A DNA stretch of 46,974 nucleotides from Promethearchaeota archaeon Loki_b32 (GCA_005223125.1 NJBH01000031.1:1-46974), one strand, 5' to 3'; positions 19,502 to 29,495 are shown, counted from the first letter of the stretch. Notes: a model not told the origin generated them from the sequence alone. Translations and numbers: made by a program.

Positions 19502-20044
19502 TTAATGCTGACCATGTATCCTATTCTTTATTAGTGAACTTTTTGATATCATCTTTCCATTTTTCAGGTAATAATCCATCAAATTAATAACAGGATTATG
19601 CTTTTTTTCATCTGCCATCCTTTCGATTTTTTTATTTCCTTTTTCAGTCAATGCAGTTGAGATTGTTTTCCAGGTTGTGGTTGTTGTTCCATCTTTATTT
19701 TGAGTTAAACTAATCTTACAATGCAATAATAAATCTTGCTGGAATCTTACAAATTCTACATATTCATTAGGCTTGAATCCAGTAAAAGTCCACAAACCCT
19801 CACCTGCAGAATTAGATTTATTAGTACGAAATACACATTTGTCTTCAGCATATCCCGAATTGGTATAAATTAACTCCGCATCCCATCCAGGAATCCAATC
19901 AGCTTCACGAGCAGGACATAAAAGAGGGAAAATCTTCTCCGGAGTTGTTCCAAACGTTCCAGAAAATTCATATACTTTTCTTTTATATTTGGGTTCACTT
20001 TGTAAAAAATCTTCTACTAGGCTTTCTGATCTTGAAGTATCCAA
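19502..20044 (-). CDS. SRPBCC-like protein (copy 2, TTG start)
   Basis: Highly similar to 14771-15313. Confidence 0.6.
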   Translation of the reverse strand: MDTSRSESLVEDFLQSEPKYKRKVYEFSGTFGTTPEKIFPLLCPAREADWIPGWDAELIYTNSGYAEDKCVFRTNKSNSAGEGLWTFTGFKPNEYVEFVRFQQDLLLHCKISLTQNKDGTTTTTWKTISTALTEKGNKKIERMADEKKHNPVINLMDYYLKNGKMISKSSLIKNRIHGQH

Positions 20045-20081
20045 ATTTATTACCTGTTAAGTTTTTATTATAATTTTGTCT

Positions 20082-20100
20082 GTGTTTAGTATCTAAACAC
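20082..20100. promoter_or_regulatory. Putative MarR operator GTGTTTAG-TAT-CTAAACAC
   Basis: Perfect 8-3-8 palindrome. Confidence 0.75.
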
Positions 20101-20166
20101 TATGAAGAATAAGATTTTGATTGTTTATAAACCTTTCTGTATATCTTAGACAATATTGTATAGAGT

Positions 20167-20616
20167 TTACTGAACCTTTTTATGCATTATTGAAATCATT
20201 GTATCAAGAAAATCTGAAATCAATTGTTTTTCTTCTATAGATTTCGATTCTAAATAATTTAGAAATTCAGTTTCAAGAAGACTTCTAAATTCATTCACAT
20301 GCTCCATTAGAATTTTTCCTTTATCCGTAAATTGAATATGTAATTGGTTTTTTTTTAATGGTTCAGTCTCTTTTATTATGATCCCCTTTCTATTTAAGCG
20401 AGAAAGAGTTTGAGAAATTGCTCCCTTGGTCAAGCCAAGGTGATCAGCAATTTTTGTTATATTTGTGTCTTGAATATGATAAATAAATAATAAAAGATGG
20501 ATTTCTGAAGGATAGAGTTTGATATTTTTATATGTTATATTTCTTCTTCTATCTAAAAACACTAATTTACTGATAGTCCCTAAAATTTTGTTTAAAAGTT
20601 TCCTATTATTTACCAT
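20167..20616 (-). CDS. MarR-family regulator (copy 2)
   Basis: HTH nearly identical to that of 15440-15886. Confidence 0.9.
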   Translation of the reverse strand: MVNNRKLLNKILGTISKLVFLDRRRNITYKNIKLYPSEIHLLLFIYHIQDTNITKIADHLGLTKGAISQTLSRLNRKGIIIKETEPLKKNQLHIQFTDKGKILMEHVNEFRSLLETEFLNYLESKSIEEKQLISDFLDTMISIMHKKVQ

Positions 20617-20621
20617 ATTAT

Positions 20622-20636
20622 GTTTAGTAACTAAAC
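20622..20636. promoter_or_regulatory. Putative MarR autoregulatory operator GTTTAG-TAA-CTAAAC
   Basis: Same sequence and offset as 15892-15906. Confidence 0.75.
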
Positions 20637-20671
20637 TCTTTAAAAAAAGTTATCGGATTATGGATAATATA

Positions 20672-20760
20672 TTAGATATAAATCCCTTCAGGAGGTGGTT
20701 TATGATAAGGAGTTCTAATTCTATAAATTTCTCTCAATATTTCTCTAAAAAGCCTAAAAT
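20672..20760 (-). pseudogene. Diverged copy of the J-domain gene 3' end
   Basis: Aligns with 23160-23250 and encodes FREILREIYRIRTPYHKPPPEGIYI*. Confidence 0.85.
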
Positions 20761-20913
20761 ATGTTTTATTTTTTTAAAACCTCGTTATATCACTAAATTT
20801 GAAGATTTTCTATGGAAAAAAAAGCAAGTCTAAATTCCCTTTCTACTTAGTTTTTTAAAATTGAAAGGATATATTTAATATAGAACAACTTTTTCAAAAA
20901 TAAAATCGCTTTT

Positions 20914-21330
20914 ATGAATGAACGAACAGCCAATTGGCTAGCGGAAGCAAACTGGGATCTAGAAAATGCTAAGATATTATTTGAGAATGATAGATTCAAT
21001 ACTGTAGTTTTTCATTGCCAGCAAGCTGCAGAAAAAGCAGTGAAAGCCTTGCTATATCATAATAGACTAAATGGATGGGGACATTCTATTCATTCTCTTT
21101 TAGAAAAATATAAAGAAATAAAAAATGAGAATTTTAACGATATCAAAAGGACAGCACTAAGCCTTGATAAACACTATATTACAACACGTTATCCTGATGC
21201 GCTTCCAAATATTGCTCCACATAATGCCTATACTAGACAAGAAGCAGAATTAGCAATTATTCAAGCAACAGATATAATCAATTTTGTAAATAAAGAAATT
21301 AAAGGAAATCAAGGAAATGCTAGAAGCTGA
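20914..21330 (+). CDS. HEPN-domain protein (toxin)
   Basis: WL.EA.WDLE.A, FHCQQAAEKAVKA, RLNGWGH (Rx5H) and YITTRYPD. Confidence 0.9.
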   Translation: MNERTANWLAEANWDLENAKILFENDRFNTVVFHCQQAAEKAVKALLYHNRLNGWGHSIHSLLEKYKEIKNENFNDIKRTALSLDKHYITTRYPDALPNIAPHNAYTRQEAELAIIQATDIINFVNKEIKGNQGNARS

Positions 21331-21739
21331 TTTAAGGGATTATTTAATCAAATTATCAGAAATTACTAACAAAATAGTGCCACTAGATTGTGTCATTTTA
21401 TTTGGCTCAAGAGCTAGAAGTGATTATATGGAAAATAGTGATCTAGATATAATATTTGTTGGAGATTTTAAAGAACATTTTATCAATAGATCGACTATTA
21501 TTTATGAACATTATAAATTATCTATAGGACTGGACGCATTTTGTTATAGAGCAAATGAATTCAATAAGATGTTTCATGAGGGTATTGTATCTATTTTGGA
21601 TGCTATTGATCACGGCATTTGTATCTTTGGATATGACTTCTATAAAGATTATAAAGAAAAACTGGAAAAACTTAAAGAGAAAGGGCTTAAAAGAGATCCT
21701 CCTGTTTGGAGACTTCCAGAAAGTATGTTTTTAGATTAA
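21317..21739 (+). CDS. Minimal nucleotidyltransferase (MNT antitoxin)
   Basis: ILFGSRARSDYMENSDLDI. Overlaps the HEPN gene. Confidence 0.9.
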   Translation: MLEADLRDYLIKLSEITNKIVPLDCVILFGSRARSDYMENSDLDIIFVGDFKEHFINRSTIIYEHYKLSIGLDAFCYRANEFNKMFHEGIVSILDAIDHGICIFGYDFYKDYKEKLEKLKEKGLKRDPPVWRLPESMFLD

Positions 21740-21820
21740 AAGATCTTAACAAATTGAAGAACTAATGATAATACTTTTTAAAAACAAAAATAAATAAATT
21801 AATTAGAGAATAGAAGAAAT

Positions 21821-22096
21821 TTATTGAATATCTTTTATTTTTTTAATTAAATCCTTATTATCTTTCCCAAAAATATGTATATATGTGTCTTTCTCTTTTT
21901 CAATATCAAATTTAGATGTTATACCTCGATTTTTTAATTCTTCAAAGAGATCCCATAATGAAGCATCAGATGTATTTGCGGCTCGCTCCAGTGTATCTCC
22001 TTTTTGATATAAATCAAGGGCTACTTCTATTTTTTGTTGTCTAATTCCGGTATTAATTATTTTTCTTACAATTGTAGCTCTATCTATACCAAGCAA
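21821..22096 (-). pseudogene. UPF0175-like antitoxin, probably 5'-truncated, with no partner toxin
   Basis: DRATIVRK...ALDLYQKG.TLERAA...SLWDLFEELK.RGI. No convincing start codon. Confidence 0.55.
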
Positions 22097-22199
22097 TTTC
22101 GCTATACTAAAATCTAATTAGTAAATATTCTTATATACAATATTGTCTATACAAACATAGGTCAGGTTAAAATAGATCTAAATTAAATTTTTCTTAATA

Positions 22200-22496
22200 T
22201 TGAAGTTGAATGACTTAGAGAGAATTAATCAATTATTAGGTTGGTATAGTATAAAGAGAAAATACATTTCTGGGTTAGTCTTAACGGTAATTGGAACTTT
22301 TGTCTTGATAGTAGATTTGATAGGGCTACTTTATATCTTTCCAGATCAAATTGTTTACCATTACAATGTAATTGTTTACAATGGACCTTTGATTAGGTTG
22401 TATGTGGGGATTATAATGGGGGGCATAGGGGGATTACTTTTGTTAATTGGATTGCCATTATTAATCATTAACACTAAAAAGAAGAAAAAGCTCTAA
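22200..22496 (+). CDS. Small two-TM membrane protein (start uncertain)
   Basis: Two hydrophobic stretches and a basic C-terminus. Confidence 0.55.
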   Translation: MKLNDLERINQLLGWYSIKRKYISGLVLTVIGTFVLIVDLIGLLYIFPDQIVYHYNVIVYNGPLIRLYVGIIMGGIGGLLLLIGLPLLIINTKKKKKL

Positions 22497-22719
22497 AATT
22501 AGCACTTCATTCGATTATTATCCCTGAGAATTTTAAAAAAGAGATTCTATGGGTCTTATTGAAACACTTCGCAATAATTAATTTTTATAAATCATTAAAA
22601 CATTCTTAATTCAAATAATTGATAATTTCTTTTAGTTTCACTAGATTTTTTTCCCTTTTTAAAAATATCAAGTAAGTTTAAATGATTTTATATAATCTGC
22701 AATTGTAATTAATAAATCA

Positions 22720-23107
22720 ATGCGAATTTTAAGTTAATCAATAAAAAAAGAAAAAAAGGCATTTTTATCATATTAGCATTTTTATGGGCAATTGCAACTA
22801 TATTCATAAGTGCTGACAATCTGAATAATCAGAATTATATATATAATGATAGAAATTTCGAGTTTGAAAAATCGAAGAACAGCCTTAAGTTTTCTGGATC
22901 ATATACTAATATAACAATTAATGACCTTCCAGGAAGCCCAAATAATTGGGCTTGGGCAAAAACTCAACCATGGTGTTCTGGTTCAGGAACGCTATTAGAT
23001 CCGTATTTAATTGAAGATCATATTTTAAAAATGTACAGAAGAATGGAGGCGATCCACATTGAAAATTCAATTTCTTCTTATTTTATAATTAGAAATTGTA
23101 CATATTA
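22720..23107 (+). pseudogene. 5' remnant of a NosD-type surface-protein gene
   Basis: Early stop and frameshift, then NNWAWAKTQPWCSGSGTLLDPYLIE...YFIIRNCT*. Confidence 0.8.
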
Positions 23108-23159
23108 ACATCCATTTCTCTATAAATTTAAGAAGACAATAATTTCAAATGAGATTTTT

Positions 23160-23507
23160 TTAGATATACATACCTTCAGGAGGAGGTTTATAATAAGGAG
23201 TTCGATTTCTATAAATTTCTCTCAATATATCTCTAAAAGTCCCAAAATCTGAAGTTCTAATTAGGTCACTCCAATCGAAGGTTTGAGGGTTATTTTTTAA
23301 CTGATCATAAGTTTTACGTTTTATAGGATCGATTAACGTGTCATAAGCTTCCTTTACCTTGATAAATTTCTCCTTCGCTTGAGGATCTGTCTTATTAAGA
23401 TCAGGATGATATTTTTTAGCTAACTTTCGATATGCGACCTTAATATCCTCTTCAGTGGAATCTTTCTCAATACCTAAAAGGTCATAATAATCTTTTTTCT
23501 CATTCAT
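23160..23507 (-). CDS. J-domain-only (type III DnaJ-like) protein
   Basis: DYYDLLG, YRKLAKKYHPD and AYDTL. ATG at 23507 follows AGGAGA. Confidence 0.9.
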   Translation of the reverse strand: MNEKKDYYDLLGIEKDSTEEDIKVAYRKLAKKYHPDLNKTDPQAKEKFIKVKEAYDTLIDPIKRKTYDQLKNNPQTFDWSDLIRTSDFGTFRDILREIYRNRTPYYKPPPEGMYI

Positions 23508-23614
23508 TCTCCTTTGTTGTAGAAGAAAATCAGAATATAAAAACATTTAGTTGATGTTATATTGAAGCTGTAAATTTTTTTTTTTAATATAATCGTCTAT
23601 CAACAACTTCACTT

Positions 23615-24622
23615 TTAAGATATAATGTTATTTTCCTTTTTTTCCTTATTATTGGGGGATTTGAGATTTACAAGAGTTATTCCTAATATTACTAAAAACA
23701 AGGCAAAAGGATAGATAAAGACATCAAATTGTTCTTGTAAAAAAATAGCGGAAAATATTACTCCAAATAAAGGTACTAATGTTTGGAATATTGCTGCTCG
23801 ACTAGCACTTAAACGTTTTACTCCTTCTAAATAAAATGTGTAAGCCCCAACTGTAGATAAAAATGCTAAATATGCAATTCCAATCCATACACGGTTAGGA
23901 ATGGTAAAATATTCCAGCGGATTAAAAAACTCTGGACTACTTATTAATGCTAGAGGAGTTGTTGCTAAAAAACCAAAAAAAGATACCCACGTCATTATCC
24001 ACAACGACGATGGTTGATATAAATTAGGACTATGTTGAGTTTTATTCATAAAATAACGTGAAGTTACAGTATATACGGCATAAGCAAAAGCGGCTGCTAA
24101 TATTAATATGTCCCCCAGAATTCGATTTGGGACATCCACATTCGGAGAAAATCCTACGACAATTATAACAGCCATGAAGGCTAACAGAGTTCCAGCAGCT
24201 TTTTTCCAACTAAAAAATTCTGTTTTTAAAAATTTACTTGAAAGAATTACAACCCATGTGGCATTTGTTGCGACCATTATACTAGCATCGCTAGCAGAAG
24301 TAAAAATTTCACCTAAAAGAAAACCTGCTTGATAAATTGTAACTGACAAGATTCCCATTAAAGTTAAGATCCTCCAATTTTCTTTAGCAAAATGCCAATT
24401 TAACGTTCCTTCTTTAAATTTAAGAATGAAAAAAAAGCAAATTATTGCTAGGAAATAGCGTATCACAGCAATCATCATTGGTGGGATGGTTTCTCCTCCA
24501 ACATCTTCATCTACTAACCATTTGCCCAGTGGCCAAGTACCACCCCAAATAACCATTGTTAAGATTAGCATTAAATAGGCAATAATTTCCTGCTTACTTT
24601 TAACATTTGAGATGATATTCAT
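23615..24622 (-). CDS. EamA/DMT-family transporter
   Basis: About 10 TM segments. IWGGTW, GDILIL.AA..YA.Y and LVPLFGVIFSAIFLQE. Confidence 0.9.
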   Translation of the reverse strand: MNIISNVKSKQEIIAYLMLILTMVIWGGTWPLGKWLVDEDVGGETIPPMMIAVIRYFLAIICFFFILKFKEGTLNWHFAKENWRILTLMGILSVTIYQAGFLLGEIFTSASDASIMVATNATWVVILSSKFLKTEFFSWKKAAGTLLAFMAVIIVVGFSPNVDVPNRILGDILILAAAFAYAVYTVTSRYFMNKTQHSPNLYQPSSLWIMTWVSFFGFLATTPLALISSPEFFNPLEYFTIPNRVWIGIAYLAFLSTVGAYTFYLEGVKRLSASRAAIFQTLVPLFGVIFSAIFLQEQFDVFIYPFALFLVILGITLVNLKSPNNKEKKENNIIS

Positions 24623-25266
24623 GTTTCTTTATACCATTTACTAATTAACTCATGTTTCTTCATATATCTAAGAAGATAAAGAGAGATTACTAAGGTAATT
24701 AAAGTTTCAATACTCCAGATAAGGCGATATACAGTTAAATCTACGTCTATTAACATTTCCCTAAAATAAACTGGGTCTAAATCTATAATTGGGTATAATA
24801 ATATATCAGGTGATTGTAATATTAGTGGAAAAAATAATTCTATAGTCGCATGAGCCGGAAGATCCAGTAAAAGATGAGTCAATCCTCCGATTAAAGCAGA
24901 ATATGAAGCAACAATAAAAAATCTTCTATTATATTTCTTTTCTTTTAAATAATCCCACTCATCAATACCGAAATATTTCAATGGTTTAGCAAATACTCCA
25001 TTTCTCTTCCCAAGTTTAGCAAAAAATGGACCAATATAGGAACAGAATATTATGGTGAGAATAAGTGTTAAAGGTACCGTGTATAGTACTAATCCTAAGA
25101 AACTATGGGTAATTCCTCTTAAGTTAAAGGGCATAAACCATCCTAAAATTACATCTATATCAGGTATTATTGTACTAAGACATAGAGCTGTTCCATCGAA
25201 TTTTTTTGGATACTTTATTTTTAGTATTAATGCTGGTGCTTGATGAGAAAGTACGCTGCTTGGCAT
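24619..25266 (-). CDS. DUF4184-like membrane protein (putative metal-dependent hydrolase)
   Basis: MP...SH.APAL, IIPDID, ITHS and THLLLD. Confidence 0.7.
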   Translation of the reverse strand: MPSSVLSHQAPALILKIKYPKKFDGTALCLSTIIPDIDVILGWFMPFNLRGITHSFLGLVLYTVPLTLILTIIFCSYIGPFFAKLGKRNGVFAKPLKYFGIDEWDYLKEKKYNRRFFIVASYSALIGGLTHLLLDLPAHATIELFFPLILQSPDILLYPIIDLDPVYFREMLIDVDLTVYRLIWSIETLITLVISLYLLRYMKKHELISKWYKET

Positions 25267-25312
25267 ATGAATAAAAAATTCTTTTTAATAGTATGGATTT
25301 GATAATACTTTT

Positions 25313-26128
25313 TTAACTTTTTGAAAATCCTCCATGGTGAAATTCTATCTTGTAAACAAGATTCAATTCTTTACAATAAGCATCAATTTCAGACTCTATT
25401 TTTTCCCATAAACTGTTATCCCTCCTAAACTTTTGATAAATAGGTAAAAGTCTAGGATAATGATTTTCTATTATTTTTAGTATTCTTGGAACATTATGAG
25501 GTCTAAAATTTAAATTTTCAAACATGTAAGAATCTGTATAATCCAAAGTCTTTTTAACAATGGCTTTATAATCTGTTATGTATGGAAAAAAGGGGGAAAT
25601 AAACGTATATGTTTTTATTCCGTTTTCATGAATCTCCTTTAATGCATCTAATCTTTCAATGGGTCGTGAAGCGCCTTTTTCTACTATTTTAGCGAAATTC
25701 TCATCTAACGTGCTAATTGAGATTCCTACTTCCAAATCATCAAATTTTTTAAATATATCAATATCTCTTACAACAAATTTCGATTTTGTTAAGATTGAAA
25801 CATGAGCAGTTGTACTAATAAGCTTCTCTAAAATCCTTTTTGTATTTTGATATTTTAATTCAAGCGGTATATAAGGATCTGTAACTGAACTAAATAATAA
25901 TCTCTTTCCATTATATTTCTGCGGTTTGATTTTATCGAAATCGAACGTTTTTATATCTAAAAACTCTCCCCATTTATCTCCCTTGTGGCCTGTGAACCTT
26001 ATCATAAATTCAGCATAACAATAAATACAACCATGCTGGCAACCAGTATAAGGATTAATTACAAAATCAATTGAGGGGATATTACTCTTAGTTATAATAC
26101 TTTTCGCTTCCCGAATAGCTATTTTCAT
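25313..26128 (-). CDS. Radical SAM protein, spore-photoproduct-lyase-like family
   Basis: INPYTGCQHGCIYCYA, SSVTDPY.P.E and ILTKS..V.RDID. Confidence 0.88.
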   Translation of the reverse strand: MKIAIREAKSIITKSNIPSIDFVINPYTGCQHGCIYCYAEFMIRFTGHKGDKWGEFLDIKTFDFDKIKPQKYNGKRLLFSSVTDPYIPLELKYQNTKRILEKLISTTAHVSILTKSKFVVRDIDIFKKFDDLEVGISISTLDENFAKIVEKGASRPIERLDALKEIHENGIKTYTFISPFFPYITDYKAIVKKTLDYTDSYMFENLNFRPHNVPRILKIIENHYPRLLPIYQKFRRDNSLWEKIESEIDAYCKELNLVYKIEFHHGGFSKS

Positions 26129-26171
26129 TTTTTTATAATTGAATTTCTTACAATTTAAAAGGATAAATAAA

Positions 26172-26816
26172 TTATAGTATTTCTGTCAAATTAAGGAGAC
26201 TGAGAAACTGTTTCATAAATTCTGGTAATCCTAACCATGAAGGAGCTGTTACTAATTTGCCATCTGTAAAAGTTAAATTAGCAGGATATTGTTCTTCGAT
26301 TATTGCTCCTTGTAAAGAACAAGAAAGAGCAACTGATGGATATGGATACATTTTTTTCCCTTTTAAGTATTCAATTTCTTTAAAAGCAGCATCAGTGTGA
26401 GCTAAAATTTGAGGACCATGACAAATTGCCCCTATTGGTTTATTTTTCTTCATAAAATGAAAAACAAGCTTTTGGACGTCAGGAAGTAAAGATAAATATT
26501 CTGGAGCCCTTCCGCCAGGAATAATAAGCCCATTATAATCCTCTGCCTCCTTTTCAACATTTTTCCAATCAAAATCCTCATCTAATCTGTATGGGTGTCC
26601 AAGAGATTCAGAATAGGTCACGGCTTTTCCTTTTAAAGCTAGCTCCCAATCTTCTATTGAGATATAATGAATAGCTGTTTTGATAAATTCCCCTTTTCCT
26701 TTCCCAGGACAAATAACTTTAACTTCACAGCCAAACATCGATAGAACTGAATAAGGGACCATTAATTCATAATCATCAACAAAATCTCCTGTTAAAATTA
26801 GAATTTTTAGAGTCAT
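26172..26816 (-). CDS. DJ-1/PfpI-family protein
   Basis: GDFVDDYE, IPGGRAPEYL and AICHGPQIL. Confidence 0.9.
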   Translation of the reverse strand: MTLKILILTGDFVDDYELMVPYSVLSMFGCEVKVICPGKGKGEFIKTAIHYISIEDWELALKGKAVTYSESLGHPYRLDEDFDWKNVEKEAEDYNGLIIPGGRAPEYLSLLPDVQKLVFHFMKKNKPIGAICHGPQILAHTDAAFKEIEYLKGKKMYPYPSVALSCSLQGAIIEEQYPANLTFTDGKLVTAPSWLGLPEFMKQFLSLLNLTEIL

Positions 26817-26875
26817 ATTTTCATTTCTGATAAAAACTATAAAAAATTTACTGATAGAATGTAAATGAATTCATG

Positions 26876-27703
26876 TTATTGCATTGAATTCTCAGATGAT
26901 TTCTGGCGTAATCTCTTCTTCATAGTTTGAGAATAGAATAATAATACAGTTAAATTCGTCATTAGATGGAATATCCAAGGGTATAATAAACCTAATTGAA
27001 TTAAAGCGAGAGAATAGATTATAGATGATATGAGTGTAGAAATTACATGCCCCCAATTTTGCGATGTTGAATAATGTACTAATCCAAATATAATTGAAAT
27101 TACTAAAATACTCAAAATATAATCCCAATTGAGATAATAACTTAAAACACTTAGTAAAAAACTTCGGTATATCAGTTCCTCAATAAATGCTACAAGAGGA
27201 AAGAGAATAACCAATAATATTACTTTTTTATATGTTATATTCTGGGTAAAAAATTTAAATATATCATCTCCTCTTCCCTCTTGAAGGATATTCTCATTTC
27301 TGGAAAAATAGAATTTAATTCCAATCAATTTAATCAATATTACTGAGAAATAAATTAAAAAAAGAATAAAGTTATGATTATGATTTATTCCAACTAAATT
27401 ATTAAATGGAATGAAAATAGTGAGTGAAGCATTATGAAATAAAACAATGTTTATGTATAAAGAAAAAGGAATGAAAAAAAGCAAAATATACATTACCTTT
27501 TCATTAGTTGTAAATCCATACTTCCGCTCTACCATAAATTTGATGAAAATTATTAAAAAAATTAAAGTACACATTAACAAGAGTATAGATACATCTTCAA
27601 CTGTAGAATAGAAAAACCAAAATAAAAAAATTAAAAAAATTATCGAATTATATATTAAAGTGTTTCTAATTCTATTTTTTATGAGGCTCTCGTCATAACT
27701 CAT
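26876..27703 (-). CDS. CPBP (Abi/CAAX) intramembrane metalloprotease
   Basis: EELIYR, FGLVH and HLMTN motifs. Multi-TM. Confidence 0.85.
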   Translation of the reverse strand: MSYDESLIKNRIRNTLIYNSIIFLIFLFWFFYSTVEDVSILLLMCTLIFLIIFIKFMVERKYGFTTNEKVMYILLFFIPFSLYINIVLFHNASLTIFIPFNNLVGINHNHNFILFLIYFSVILIKLIGIKFYFSRNENILQEGRGDDIFKFFTQNITYKKVILLVILFPLVAFIEELIYRSFLLSVLSYYLNWDYILSILVISIIFGLVHYSTSQNWGHVISTLISSIIYSLALIQLGLLYPWIFHLMTNLTVLLFYSQTMKKRLRQKSSENSMQ

Positions 27704-27799
27704 TAAAATGGTCTTGAAAATTGTAAATAAATTGAAATTATATAAATTACTACAACCTTTAAACTTAATAGCTTATATTTTATAGATTCGAAATATCAC

Positions 27800-28348
27800 A
27801 TGAATCGTCCTAATCAAATTGAGACAAAAAGACTTATACTAAGACCATTAAACCAAGATGATTTTGAGGTTCTTTCAGATATCATTAAAGATGATGAGGT
27901 TTTAAATAACTTAGAATTTGTTCTAAAGATTAAGCCAATAAAAAATATTAAATCTCTATTCCTAACGGTCATTGACTCTCTTAACTCTAAGAACTCTATA
28001 CTTGTATTAATTGTTATTAACAAAGAAGATGGAAATCGCATTGGATCTTGTGGGTTAAAAGTTTTGAAAGATTATAATGGGGCAGAATGCTTTTATACTT
28101 TATTGCCTAAATACAGGGGTTTTGGTTTTGCTATAGAAGCGATGAAAAAGCTTATAGAATATGGCTTTAGAGAACTAAAATTAGCAAGAATTATAACATT
28201 TATCCAACCTACAAACTCACGCTCGTGGAAAGTTGCTGAAAGAATTGGAATGAAATACTTAGGTCATAAACAAATAAGAAATATTTCATCCAAAGCTATG
28301 TATTTTTCGATAGAAAAAACTGAATTTGAAGCTCAATGGGATTATTGA
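27800..28348 (+). CDS. GNAT acetyltransferase (RimJ/RimL-like)
   Basis: IETKRLILRP, YRGFGFAIEA and N.RS.KVAERIGM. Confidence 0.9.
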   Translation: MNRPNQIETKRLILRPLNQDDFEVLSDIIKDDEVLNNLEFVLKIKPIKNIKSLFLTVIDSLNSKNSILVLIVINKEDGNRIGSCGLKVLKDYNGAECFYTLLPKYRGFGFAIEAMKKLIEYGFRELKLARIITFIQPTNSRSWKVAERIGMKYLGHKQIRNISSKAMYFSIEKTEFEAQWDY

Positions 28349-28358
28349 AACAGTATTC

Positions 28359-28934
28359 TTACTTTGGATACCCAACTGGTATAATATACAGAGGTTCAAT
28401 TTTTTTTTTAAGATCCAAAACATCTTTTACTTTATTATCTTCATAAGCACCTATAGGTACTGAACTTAGACCTAAAGCAACAGCTTCTAAATGAATATTT
28501 TGAGCACAATGCCCAATTTCCATATAGACATATCTTACCCCTCTCTCCCCATATCTTTGGGTAGTTCTTTCAAAAATGGCACAGATAATTACATTGAGAT
28601 ATGCTTCAGCAATAAATTTTTGATCCCAAGAGGCTTGAGCGAGTTTTTTACTTAAGTCTTCACTTGTAATTAATTCTAATACATGTTTTTCAAAGTTATA
28701 ATGGAAGAATCCCTTATCTTTTAAGGTAATATAAATTTCTAAAGGAAATGTTGCACCAGCTGAAGGTACAGTTCGCTTATGTCCTTTTTTCCCCTGAGCT
28801 GCCCATAAAATTTGTGAAATTTTTTCAATTTCAATCTCTTTATCTTTATAACTTCTTACACTCTCTCTTTCGTATATACATTCTTCAAGACTTTTTTCTC
28901 CTTTTAGATTAGGATTTGGAAGTTTTAATTCCAT
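28359..28934 (-). CDS. SagB/ThcOx-like nitroreductase-family protein
   Basis: R.SVRSY, LWAAQG, RTVPSAGA.FPLE and E.GH.AQN..L.A.ALGL. Confidence 0.88.
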   Translation of the reverse strand: MELKLPNPNLKGEKSLEECIYERESVRSYKDKEIEIEKISQILWAAQGKKGHKRTVPSAGATFPLEIYITLKDKGFFHYNFEKHVLELITSEDLSKKLAQASWDQKFIAEAYLNVIICAIFERTTQRYGERGVRYVYMEIGHCAQNIHLEAVALGLSSVPIGAYEDNKVKDVLDLKKKIEPLYIIPVGYPK

Positions 28935-29048
28935 GATATCACGATTTTTAATTTTTTATTTTATGTTTTTTTAAATTCCTTCATTATAATTTATTTCTGA
29001 GATAATAATAAGTTTTATTTTGGTTAATAGTTCGAAAAAGTCATAAAC

Positions 29049-29180
29049 TTCTATATTGTAGGAGATATTGTTGCTAAAGATTTTCTATCTAATCATTTCT
29101 TGAAGAACTTTATAAAAATCTGTATTATTGATGAAAAAACTCAAAGAAATCATATAAATTTAGAATTTGAGGAATATTAA
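29049..29180 (+). pseudogene. Internal fragment resembling DUF359 (archaeal GTP-dependent dephospho-CoA kinase)
   Basis: YIVGDIVAKDFL...ICIIDEKTQR matches the VGD..(T)...IID.KT.R signature. No start codon, early stop. Confidence 0.55.
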
Positions 29181-29495
29181 AACATCAAAGCTTAATAATT
29201 ATAAAATGGATAATTGAAGAATATCATGCTGTCGATGAATTAATTAATAATGATTAAGATGTGCTTAATGCAAACAAGAGTAGATTCTCAAAATCAATAG
29301 CTCTCATACTCACTAATAAAATCTTTATTAAGCTTACTTGGTGTCTTTACAACCTCAAAATTTTCAATATTTAGTTTTATCCTATTAAAATCTATTTAAG
29401 CCAATTAGACATAAATATTAAATACTTATATACTAATTTTATTTATAATCCAAAACACTTTTCATTAAATTAAATTCAATTCGGATTGATCTAAA

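Noticed and set aside
12740-22575. lrp-derived repeats as a CRISPR array or integron attC sites
   Set aside because: They are irregularly spaced by kilobases, protein-coding in origin and non-palindromic. No cas or integrase gene is present.
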